Below, in pieces: positions 9,869 to 19,874 of a stretch of 24,000 nt of DNA; the stretch's first letter is position 1; each line of letters opens with the position of its first letter. A program made the translations under genes and the position numbers. The notes beneath the pieces are model-generated. The model was given only the letters and a program-made list of their open reading frames with translations. It ran no database searches and was not told where the DNA came from. This DNA is from [Mycoplasma] cavipharyngis (lineage in GTDB: Bacteria > Bacillota_I > Bacilli_A > Mycoplasmatales > Mycoplasmoidaceae), in contig NZ_CP155569.1 of the NCBI RefSeq assembly GCF_042984175.1, positions 682,389-706,388 of the forward strand, in the 5' to 3' direction.

Positions 9869-11014
9869 TTATTGAAAAATAATTAATAAACTAGTGATGA
9901 CAATAATTAAAGCGACAATGAAATAACAAAAAACACTGCGATTTCAAAAAAAGGAAGTAATTTCATAACTAGCTTTTTTAATTAGAAAGTTTTCAATTTT
10001 TTCTAAATTGCGGTTTTCAGCAGGTTTAATTAATGGTGTAATTTGGTTAGGATTGTTTTTTCATGCTTGAACATCTAATAAAACTTCATCAACATTTTTA
10101 TATCGTAAATGAATTTCTTCTTCATTAGAAACTAATGATTTATAAACAATGTTTTCAATAATACCTGATATATTAGGAACATAATTAGATAAAGGAGGGA
10201 AATCAAAAAATTTAGGTTTTAAATAAACATCATATTTGCCCCGATCAGTTAAACTATAAGGAAATTCAGCAGCAATTAAAACATAAAGAATTACTCCAGC
10301 TGCAAAAATATCTCAAAATTCAGTAATAATTTTTGCTTTTTCAGTTCCACTCATTTTAGAACTGAGTTTTTTCACTTCAGGTGGAACATAACCAGTTGAA
10401 CCATAAATGCTTTTTTCTTCAATTTTCAAAAAACGCAATCCTGAATTATCTAAAACAGTAGCAATTCCTAAATCAATAATTTTAATTCGAGAAAAATCAG
10501 CTGTTAGCATCACATTATCTAATTTTAAATCACGGTGTAAAATGATTTCAGTCCCTTGACTATTCATTTGGTGTAATGATTTAATTCCTAAAAGAATTTT
10601 TTCATAAATTTCCATTGCTTCAATAACAGGAATCATTCCTTTAGATCTTAAATAACTACTTAAAACCATACCATCAACTAATTCCATCACAATGCTAAAA
10701 TATTTTTTATTTTGATGTTCTTTAGAATTAATTCAAAACCAATCATATAATTCACAAAAAGCATCAGATTTGAATTTAGCACGTTTAGTAGCATTAATTT
10801 CTTTATTAATGTTATTGAGTTGTTCACTTTCGTTTTTAGGATCACATAAAATAATTTTAATTGCACAATATTGTTTGAAATTTAAATCATATGGATCAGT
10901 TAAATTTAAACGTTTAGCTTTTCAAATGACCGAATTCATTCCTCCCTTACCAATAATTTCAATTAATTGGTAAGAATTAGAAATAATTTGACCTTTTTTA
11001 AATTCGCTTTTCAT
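9869..11014 (-). CDS. prkC: Ser/Thr protein kinase (PrkC-like, no PASTA domains, single C-terminal TM helix)
   Basis: Hanks kinase motifs: GKGGMNSV glycine loop, CAIKII, HRDLKLDN, DLG (in place of DFG), and GSTGYVPPE. The C-terminal segment VFCYFIVALIIVITSLLIIF is hydrophobic. ATG at 11012-11014 and TAA at 9869-9871. Fragments are joined through TGA=Trp. Confidence 0.85.
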
Positions 11015-11021
11015 AAATTAT

Positions 11022-11855
11022 TTAATGGATTTTAATTTTAGTTAAAGAAATTGATAAATTATCATTACTCATACTTGCTAAAGCTTTTTTAATAATATTA
11101 TCAGCAATTAATTCAATTTTAATTGGTGCTAAAATTTCTAATTTTAATTCTTCAGCAGTTAAAAAATTGTGCACACCATCACTTGTGCAAAAAATTCAGT
11201 CAAATTGATCTTTACTAAACTGAAAAAAATCATATTTAACTTCAACTTCATCAAATGAACCAACATAATTAACAATGGCATAAACTTGATTACCATAAGC
11301 ACTAATTTCAGCTGGACTTAATTTTTGTTTTAATAAAAAATTATAAAAATTATGATCTTCAGAAATTTGAATTACTCGATCTTGATCAATTCCATAAATT
11401 CGTGAATCACCAATATTAAAAGCAAAAATATCGTTTTTAGTAATAATTGCTAATGCTAAAGTTGATGCCATTTTATGATTTTCAGGATGATTAGTAATGA
11501 ATTTATTAATTTTAAATTTTGCTTCATTAATTGTATCAACAAACCAATTTTTTAATTCAGTTGTACTCATTTTTTGAAAATGGGTTTTTCAACTAGCGTC
11601 AATAATTGTTTCACCTAAAATACTAGCAGCTTCTTTACCTCCTTCATAGCCACCAAGACCATCACAAACAAACAAAATTTGTTCATTATAACGATTCATT
11701 CCTGCAGCATTAAAGTCTTCATTTTTTAAACGATCAACACCAATATCACTAGCAGCAATCATATTAAAGTGAGGTTTTAAGTTTTTTTGGCGCACAATTT
11801 TAACTGGTTTGATTTTATTGTTCTTTTTAAATCAGTTTTTTCAACTCATAATCAT
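11022..11855 (-). CDS. prpC: PP2C-family Ser/Thr protein phosphatase
   Basis: Motifs SDIGVDRLKNEDF, FVCDGLGGYEGGKEAA, NIGDSRIY and CTSDGV. Track ORFs 11196..11570 and 11589..11795 share one frame. The start is ATG at 11853-11855, with 11847-11849 as an alternative, 3 nt after the gmk stop. The stop is TAA at 11022-11024. Confidence 0.85.
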
Positions 11856-11857
11856 TA

Positions 11858-12427
11858 TTATTTAGCTAAAATTTCTTTTTTAATTATTGCAATAATTTCT
11901 TTTTCAGCATTTGCTAAATCATCATTGATCACATTGTATTGATACATTGTTTTTAATTCAATTTCATCACGAGCTTTAGCAATCCGTTTTTCAATCATGG
12001 CTAATGATTCAGTTTTACGTTCAACTAATCTTTTATATAATTCTTCTAGTGAAGGAGGTAAAATAAAAATTGAGACACAATCAGGCATTAATTGCATTAC
12101 TTGTTTAGCGCCAATGACTTCGATTTCTAAAATAACATTTTTACCTAAATTAAGCATTTCTTCAACTTTTGATTTTGGTGTACCATAAAAATTATCAAAA
12201 AATTGGGCGTATTCAAGCATTTTTTGTTGAGCAATTTGTTCTTGAAAATATGCTTTAGTAACAAAATAATAATCTTTATTATCAATTTCATTTTCGCGTT
12301 TTTTTCTTGTGGTCATTGAAATGCTATAATGTAAATTTAATTCAGGCATTTTTAAAAGATTAACTAAAAGCGTATGTTTACCAACACCACTTGGACCACT
12401 AATTAAAAATAAAATTCCTCTTTTCAT
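11858..12427 (-). CDS. gmk: Guanylate kinase
   Basis: Intact 189-aa ORF with P-loop GPSGVGKHT, SISMTTRKKRENE..DY.FV, FYGTP and typical length. The gmk-prpC-prkC order matches the known Mollicutes/Firmicutes arrangement. Confidence 0.95.
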   Translation of the reverse strand: MKRGILFLISGPSGVGKHTLLVNLLKMPELNLHYSISMTTRKKRENEIDNKDYYFVTKAYFQEQIAQQKMLEYAQFFDNFYGTPKSKVEEMLNLGKNVILEIEVIGAKQVMQLMPDCVSIFILPPSLEELYKRLVERKTESLAMIEKRIAKARDEIELKTMYQYNVINDDLANAEKEIIAIIKKEILAK

Positions 12428-12515
12428 CTAATACAACTTTTTTTACTTGATAATTTATACTAATCTAAAAATTTAACTGATAAAAAATTTAAAATATTTT
12501 AATTAATTTTCTTAT

Positions 12516-12546
12516 TATTTATCATTTAATTATAAAATGATAAATA
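12516..12546. repeat. Perfect 11-bp inverted repeat in the gmk / aldo-keto reductase divergent intergenic region
   Basis: tatttatcatt (12516-12526) pairs with aatgataaata (12536-12546), with a 9-nt spacer. It sits within a local cluster of AATGAT/ATCATT hexamers. Confidence 0.5.
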
Positions 12547-12699
12547 TAAAACAAAAACAAAATCATTTTTTATAAGCAAATTTTTTAAATTAATGATTTT
12601 TATAATTTGAAATAATGATTAAAACTTAATAAACTTAGTTTATATTAAAATTAATTAATAAATCAAATCAATCAAAAGAAAGTAATTTTAAACAAAATT

Positions 12700-13578
12700 A
12701 TGAAATCAAAAATTCTATTAGGTTATGGTACATATTTATATAATGGTGATAGTGAATCATTTACTAAAGCATTAGATGCAGCATATCAAAGTAAATATGA
12801 TTATATTGATACTGCTAAATATTATCAAAATGAAACTGAAATTGGTATTGCTTTAGCAAATTTAAGAAAAAAATATGGTTCTAGTTTTCACTTTCCTGTG
12901 CAAACTAAAGTTTGACCTGATGATTATTTAGATGCAAGAAATCAAGTGCTTTTATCAATGGAACGCTTGCAACTAAAACAATTAGATTCAGTTTTATTAC
13001 ACCGACCTAGTTATAATTTAGCAAAAGATATTATTGCGTGAAAAGATTTAATTCAATTACAAAAAGAAGGTTTAGTTAAACAAATTGGTGTTTCTAATTA
13101 TGATAATGAAATGTTATTTTATTTTGAAAAAATAACTAATGTACTACCAAGTGTGAATCAAATTGAATTTAATCTTTACAATGCTAGATATGATCGGGCA
13201 ATAACTAATCAACGACTTGACGTTCACATTCAAGCATGAAGACCATTAACTAATGATATTGATTATTTAAATCAAGATCCAATTGTGCAATCATTAAGTG
13301 AGAAATATCAAACTACTCCAACTGGTATTGCTATTGCATTTATTAAAGCATTAGGAATGGATCCAATTATAAAATCAACTCATCCTGAACGCATTATTGC
13401 TAATGCTAAAGCCTTTTATGATGTCAATTTAAGTTCAGAAGATTTAGCAAAATTAAAATTGTTAAATCGTTTTTATGATAATCGAACTAAATATGGCACA
13501 TCAACTTATACATTAGATCAGCAATCACTAACTGATTTAGTTAATGAAATTGATATGTTAGAAAAAAATCAAAAATAA
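12700..13578 (+). CDS. Aldo/keto reductase family oxidoreductase
   Basis: Track ORFs 12700..12915 and 13285..13578 share one frame and join through three TGA=Trp codons. AKR catalytic contexts are present: YIDTAKYY (Asp and Tyr), QTKVW (Lys) and LLHRP (His), plus IGVSNY and NQIEFN. Stop is TAA at 13576-13578. Confidence 0.85.
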
Positions 13579-13581
13579 AAA

Positions 13582-15999
13582 TTATTTTTTAGTTCATTCA
13601 CTAATTTGTGCTGCTGTTCCTAATAAAAAGTGGTCTGAGTCAACTTCTTGATAACCAATAATGTTAGGAAATTTCTGTTGATTTAAATAATTAAGATCGA
13701 ATTTACTTGTTTTAAAGGCTTCATTAGCATTAGACATTTTAGGAATTGAATCAAATAAATTAATTGTGTATGGGTGTAGTGGTTTGCTATAAATTTTATT
13801 AGTTTTTCCATATTCGACTACTTTACCTAAATGCATAATTAAAATTTTGTCAGCAATATACTCAACCATTGATAAGTCATGGGCAATAAAAATAATACCA
13901 ATATTTTTTTTCTGGCTTAATTCTTTTAGTAAATTAACAATTTGGGCTTGAATTGAAATATCTAATGAAGCAATTGGTTCATCAGCAACAATAATTGATG
14001 GTTCAGTAATTAATGCTCTAGCAATAACAATTCTTTGTCTTTGACCACCTGAAAATTCATGAGGATAACGATAAGCAAATTGTCTTAATAAGCCAACATC
14101 TGCTAATGCGTTATAAATTTTTTCACGCAATAAAATTTTTTTAACAATATGTTTACTAAAAATTAATTTTTTAATTTTATGGTGTCATTTATCAACTGTT
14201 TTAATTAATTTAGCTAATTTTTTTCTTTTTTTAATTTCAGTATGATTTTTAAAAAATCATTTTAGTAAAAAACGATGAATTGTTTTAGTTGGACTACCAT
14301 ACAAAAACTTTAATTCATCAAAAATTTTTTTCAAAATAGTAATTTCAATTTGAAAATTATTATAAGATTTATCTTTTTTATCGATTTTATTTTGATATTC
14401 AGCAATTAAAATTTCAGCTTGATTTTCACTATAGTTTTCATTTAATAATTTCTTTTTAGCTCAAACTAAAAACTCTTGGTGTTTGCTTCTAAATATTTTT
14501 AAAATTTGATCTTGAAGTGCAAGTGTTTCACTATTTCAACGTTTTTTTAATTCTACTAATTCAGTATAACGTTTGTTTTTAGCAACATTATATTGATCAA
14601 GCATTTGACTAAAATTAACTTGATCAATTTGTTCAGCCTTTTTATATAATTGGTTTAATTGATTTAGTTTAGTATAAAATTCATCTGATTTAACTATTTT
14701 TGAAGTTTCAACTTTTTTAAGTGCAATTTTTAAATCACTAATTTTTTTATAACAAAGATCATGGTTTTTTTTAGCAAGTTGAAAATATTGTTTAATGCTA
14801 GGATTAAAATTATGATAAATTGATGCAATAAATTTTTTAGCAAAATTATCAGTATTTGTTTTTCAATTAAAATCATAATTTTGAATAAAATCTTTGCCTT
14901 TTTGCACTAAATCATTCGCCATTGCTTTAATTTGATCAACAGTTAAATATATAAGAAGATGATTATTATCTAAATAATAATTAATGAATGCAAAATGAAT
15001 TAAAAACTTTTTAGCAATAATTTTTTTAACAATCGCATTCAATTTATGAGTTGCTCATTCTTTTTTATCAAGTGATTTTAATGCTGCTTCATTACTCATT
15101 TTAAATTGGTGTTTAAACTGTTGATAAAAAGCGTTAAATAAATTAATATTAGTTCATAAACTTTCTTTATTAAGCATTAAATAATCATTTAATTGATTTT
15201 GAGCATTTTCAATTAATCATGCTTGATCTTCATTAATGTGTTCACGTTTTAATTTTTCAATTAGTAATTGAATTTTATGAGTTTCAGTTTGATAACTATG
15301 AGGGTTATTATGACGATAATCTTGTTGTTTTGCAAAATAAAATTGATACAACTCTTCATATTTTTCATATTGAAAACTAATTGATTCAGCTTCTAAATTA
15401 TAATTTTTTTCATAAAAACTATAATAAGCATTAAAAGCATCATCAATATTTTGATATTGCTGAAAATCAAGTTCTTGTAATTTTTCTAATCAATTACCTA
15501 ATCCTTGAGCAGATAGTTTTAAATTATTTTTTAAAATTGCAATTTGTGTATCATAATATTTAGTTTGAAAATCAAAACGATATTGGTGTTGAACTTTAAC
15601 TAAATCTTTTAGTAAATCATTAACATTATTTTTTAATAAACCATTAACTATTAGTGGTTCTTTTAGAATTGCAAAAACATTTTTTTGTTGGTTTAGTGAT
15701 GAATGAGGATCTTGAAAAATCATTTGGACATTTTTTCTTAAAAACTTATTAGTTTTTTTATTAATGTGTTTACCAGAAATAATTTTGTCTTTTAGAGCAA
15801 TAATGCCTGAATAATCATCATACAAACGAATTAAACAACGTCCAAGAGTAGTTTTACCACTACCTGATTCACCAATTAATCCAACAATTTCTTGTTCAGC
15901 AACACTAAAAGAAACATCACTAACAGCATCGACAATACCAAAATTATTATCAAAAAATTTATTAAGATTCTCGACTGATAAAACTGTTTTATTGTTCAT
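13582..15999 (-). CDS. oppF: Oligopeptide ABC transporter ATP-binding protein OppF with a roughly 500-aa internal insertion
   Basis: The N-terminal fragment (15490..15999) carries Walker A GESGSGKTT and the Q-loop MIFQDPHSSLN. The C-terminal fragment (13594..14130) carries YPHEFSGGQRQR, Walker B IIVADEPIASLD and H-loop IAHD. Both are in the same frame. My codon-by-codon reading of 14131-15489 found only TGA codons and no TAA/TAG. The ORF continues past TGA at 13594 to TAA at 13582-13584, giving 805 aa. Confidence 0.85.
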
Positions 16000-17241
16000 A
16001 AAAAACCTTTCTAAAAGTTGCTAAACGTAATTTTAAATTTTCATTTAATTCAATTTTAGGAGCATCAGGATGTAATAATCAAGTTGCTGCAGCATGAGTA
16101 TCACTAACATAAATTAATGGTGGTTCTTTAATAAAATCGATTTCTAAAGCATAATCATTTCTTAGTGCAAAAGGATCTCCAGAAGGTAAATTAATCATAT
16201 CAGGAGGTGTACCTTTAATTGTATAAAGTTTTTCTTCTTTGTTTTCAGGAATCGAATTAATTAATGCTCAAGTATAAGGATGTAAAGCATTAGTAAAAAT
16301 ATCTTTTCTAGTACCACGTTCAACTACTTTCCCAGCATACATAACATATAAATAATCACAAAATTTTGCAACAACTGAAATATTGTGAGAAATAAAAATA
16401 ATAGCAATTTTATATTTATTACGAATTAAATCTAATAATGCTAAAACTGAAGCTTGAACTGTAGGATCTAATGCTGTTGTTGGTTCATCAGCAATAATTA
16501 ATTTAGGATTTAATGCTACAACCATAGCAATCACAATTCTTTGTTTCATTCCACCACTAAAAGTGTGTGGATAAGTATCAAACCGTTTAGTTGCATCACG
16601 AATCCCAAATGTTTCTAGTAAATCAATTAAATAACGTTTTTTCTCTTCTAATGTTTTAAATCTAGCATCATTTTTTAAGCAATCCAGTAATTGTTTGCCT
16701 ATTGTTCTAGTTGGATTTAAAGCAGTAAGTGATCTTGAGGAATATAACTAATTTTATGACCACGTATTTTTAATCAATCTTTTGCAGATTTAAATGATGT
16801 TAAATCAATCCCATCGATTACTGCATAATCAACTGTTGTTAAAGCATTATGATTCACACCTAATAATGCTTTTGAAGTTACAGTTTTACCACTACCTGAT
16901 TCACCTACTAAACCAACAATGGAACCTTCAGCAATATCAAGATCAACACCACGAATAATATTAACATACTGTTTACCTTTAAGAGCAAAAGCAATATTTA
17001 AGTTTCTTACTGTTAAAATTTGTTTGTCTGGAATTTGAAAATTAGTATTTTGTCCTTTATAAGTTTTCTCCATTAAATTAGCAGCTAATTTTTTATTGCT
17101 AATTCGATTTTTAGTTCATTTATTAAATCACAAATTAATTTTTTTTAAACTACTATTAATAAAACTATCTTTGTTGGAATTTGTTTGGTTTAATGATTGT
17201 GCTAGATTAGCATCTTGAAGTTTTTTGTTATTAATTTTCAT
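15989..17241 (-). pseudogene. oppD: Oligopeptide ABC transporter ATP-binding protein OppD, interrupted by a 1-nt frameshift
   Basis: The upstream part (Walker A GESGSGKTV ... WLKIRGHKISYIPQD) and the downstream part (LTALNPTRTIGKQ...YPHTFSGGMKQR, Walker B LIIADEPTTALD, H-loop ISHN, HPYT) are in different frames; the track ORF ends 17073 and 16549 differ by 524 nt. The span is 1253 nt, which is not a multiple of 3. The original frame hits TAA at 16675-16677. The ATG at 17239-17241 lies 17 nt after the oppC stop, and the 3' end overlaps the oppF start by 11 nt. Confidence 0.7.
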
Positions 17242-17258
17242 AATATTAAAAATCGCTT

Positions 17259-18413
17259 CTAAACTTTAATTTTTGGATCTAAAGCATCATGAATGCCAAT
17301 TGCAATTAAACGCAAATTTACTGTTAGTGCTACAAGAATAATTGTTGGTAATCCTACAGCTCATAAATTACGATCAATTAAGTTCCGACCTTCATTTAAT
17401 ACTAAACCTAAGTTAGGTGGAGTATTTGGTCCACTAGTTAAAATTCCTAAAAATGCTAATCCAGTTAAAATTGTAATACCACTAATTAAACTATTCATAA
17501 AGTTACCTAAAATTTTGCCTAAAATTTGTGGTAATGCATGAAAATAAATAATGCGAAATTTTGATGAACCAATTGCTTTAGATGCTTTTAAAAATTCTTC
17601 ATCTTTAATAGTAATAATATAAGTTCGTGCTGAATATACTGAACCTGTTCAATTAATTAAAATTAAAATAACTCCTAAGGCAACTAAATTACGACCTAAT
17701 ACTCCAGTTAAAATAATTAACAATAAAAATCCAGGAATTGAATCAAAAATTTCAATTAAACGAAGTAAAAAAGTATCAATTCATTTACCAACATGAAATC
17801 CAATAAATGCACCAACAAAAACCCCAACACTAAAAGTAATTGAAGCATAAATGATTGATAAAACAATAGCATCTCTTGTTCCTTGTCATGATTGTAATCA
17901 TATATCTCTACCATATTGATCTGTACCAACTAAACTAGTTAAACTTTGACCACTAATTGCTTGAATTAATGTATAAGGACGATAAGTTACTAAAAAATTA
18001 CCACCAAAATCAACTGCAGAAATAATAATATTTAAATTACTATTTTTTTCAGCATTTTGAATAATAGCAAAATCAGTAGCAGAAAATAAACTTGTTTGAA
18101 CTGTTGTGTATGAAGGGGGTAATTCTTTTAAAAATGTTGTTGAAATACTACTAATTGGTAAAGTTGCAACATATGGTGAAGTTGCTGGAACAATAATGGA
18201 AATTAAAATTAAAACAACAATGGAAACTAAACCAAAAATTGCTGCTTTTTGTTTAAACAAACGATAATTAAAATCACGAAAAAAATTAGAGGGTTTGCCT
18301 ACTAAACCAACTGTTGAAATACTTTTAGTAGCATATTTAATTAATTTCGTTTCATTTGGTAATAAAAAATATTTACGGTTAAATTCTTCTGAAGTTAGTT
18401 TTGGTTTAGTCAT
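17259..18413 (-). CDS. oppC: Oligopeptide ABC transporter permease OppC
   Basis: Track ORF 17898..18413 continues through TGA=Trp codons to TAG at 17259-17261. It contains the BPD permease EAA-like region (SARTYIITIKDEEFLKASKAIGSSKFRIIYFHALPQ) and the C-terminus IGIHDALDPKIKV typical of OppC/DppC. Confidence 0.85.
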
Positions 18414-18419
18414 TAATTT

Positions 18420-19541
18420 TTACTCCAATCTATTTTTTGATCATTGTTTTGATTTATGATGAATCCAATGATTAATAGCACCATAACTTTTTTTCATTAT
18501 TTTTATTAAACAAAAATTATTACGTTTTAAACTATTAACAACAATGATAAAACGTTGGTATCATTTACCTTTAGTTGCAATTTTAATTCTTGGATCTAAA
18601 ATAGTAAATAAAACATCAATTAAAATTGAAATTCCTAAAGACAAGCCACCAAAAAATAAAACATTAAACATAATAATATTAATTTCACCTTTTAATGCAG
18701 CATCTAAAGCAGGATCAGCACTTCCAGGAATTCCAAAAAAACGTTCTAAAATAATTGTCCCTGATAATAGACCAATAAATGAAGATAAAATAATTGAACT
18801 TAAAGGTAAAGAAGCATTACGTAAAACATATTTAAAAAAAATTGTTTTTGCTGATAAACCTTTAGTTTTGGCAATTAAAACATAATTAGATGTTAAAACA
18901 TTTAACATTTGATTTCTTGTTACTAAAATATAACCTGATAAAGAAGTAATTGTTAAAACAAAAATTGGAGTAATTAAAGATAATAATGTTGCATCAATCC
19001 CAATTCCAGCATCAGGTCGTGGCAAAATGAATGATAGTGGTAAACCAAACGAACGATAAAAAAGTAATAGAGCTAATGGAGCAATTACAATACTTGGAAT
19101 TGAAGATAAAAAAGTAGTAATTGAAGTAATGATTCGATCAAGTGTTCTACCAGCATAATAAGCTGAAACTGTTCCTAAAATTACACCAATTACTACACTT
19201 AAAATGAAAGTAGGAAAAGTAACTAATAAAGTTCATTGTAATGGTTCAAATAAACTATTTGGTAATTGTAAATTACTTACATAAACTTTACCTAAATTAC
19301 CTTCAAAAATTAAACCTTTTAAATAATTAAAAAATTGCACAATTGCTGGTTTATTAAAACCATTTTCTTCAATTAATTGTCTAATTAAATCATTAATATT
19401 AGTTCCTCTTTCTGGATTAACTGCACCTTCTTGAGTGAATGGATTAGGACCAAAATTAGATTGAACTAAATAAACAATCATCATACTAAAAAATAAAGTG
19501 AAAAATAATAAGACAATTCTTTTAAATAAATAATTAACCAT
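18420..19541 (-). CDS. oppB: Oligopeptide ABC transporter permease OppB
   Basis: Track ORFs 18561..19025 and 19233..19541 share one frame and join through TGA=Trp. The N-terminus MVNYLFKRIVLL.., the segment NYVLIAKTKGLSAKTIFFKYVLRNASLP (EAA motif) and ..ILDPRIK are typical of OppB/DppB. A roughly 45-aa basic C-terminal tail runs to TAA at 18420-18422. Confidence 0.85.
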
Positions 19542-19674
19542 TGATGATAATTTTCTTGTTTTTTTAATGTTGTTTTTTTAATCTCAAATGATTAGTAAAA
19601 ATTGTTGTTAAAAATTAAAATAATTTGACAAATAGTGTTTATGAAGTTTCAAAATTAACTTATTAGTATAAAAA

Positions 19675-19710
19675 AATCTATTTATTTTTGCAATAAATAG
19701 ATTATTTTTT
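19675..19710 (-). terminator. Intra-locus hairpin / terminator-attenuator between oppA and oppB
   Basis: Perfect 12-bp AT-rich stem: aatctatttatt (19675-19686) pairs with aataaatagatt (19692-19703), with a 5-nt loop. On the minus strand it is followed by TTTTTTAT, and on the plus strand by ATTTTTT. It lies about 170 nt downstream of the oppA stop and about 135 nt upstream of the oppB ATG. Confidence 0.55.
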
Positions 19711-19874
19711 ATCATTAAATTAAACGCTTAAATTGTGTTGTTAAGATAAATTAATCATTAATCTTAACAATTACAAAATTAAAGATATTTAATAAATTAA
19801 AACAAAATTTTGTTTTTACAATATTAAATTAAAACGATATCATAAAATTAATTTTGTAACGATATTATAATTAT

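Noticed and set aside
1197-12188. Other short track ORFs lying opposite real genes: 1197..1406(-), 3451..3720(-), 5226..5459(-), 8776..8958(+), 10770..10973(+), 11997..12188(+).
   Set aside because: Each lies entirely inside a well-supported gene on the other strand (nfo/fur, permease 1, ABC ATPase, rsmH, prkC, gmk). None has a recognisable domain or signal.
12601-12606. TATAAT at 12601-12606 as the aldo/keto reductase promoter -10, along with similar hexamers upstream of oppB and oppA.
   Set aside because: TATAAT-like words are abundant in DNA this AT-rich. With no supporting -35 or TG extension and no TSS data, I cannot distinguish them from background.
13594-15999. OppF appears in the ORF track as two separate ATPase fragments (13594..14130 and 15490..15999) with a 1.36-kb gap, which suggests a split or decayed gene or an inserted element.
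   Set aside because: Both fragments are in the same frame. My codon-by-codon reading of the gap found only TGA codons (Trp in table 4) and no TAA/TAG, so it is one continuous 805-aa ORF.
16675-16750. Programmed -1 ribosomal frameshifting as an explanation for the oppD frame change.
   Set aside because: There is no X XXY YYZ slippery heptamer or homopolymer at the shift site (…CCT CAA GAT CAC TTA…), and I could see no obvious downstream stimulatory structure. A simple 1-nt deletion or a sequencing error is more parsimonious.
17293-18885. Plus-strand track ORFs 17293..17541 (82 aa) and 18544..18885 (113 aa).
   Set aside because: They lie antisense within oppC and oppB, have low-complexity K/I/P-rich composition, and show no motifs. 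Open antisense frames are expected opposite AT-rich coding sequence.
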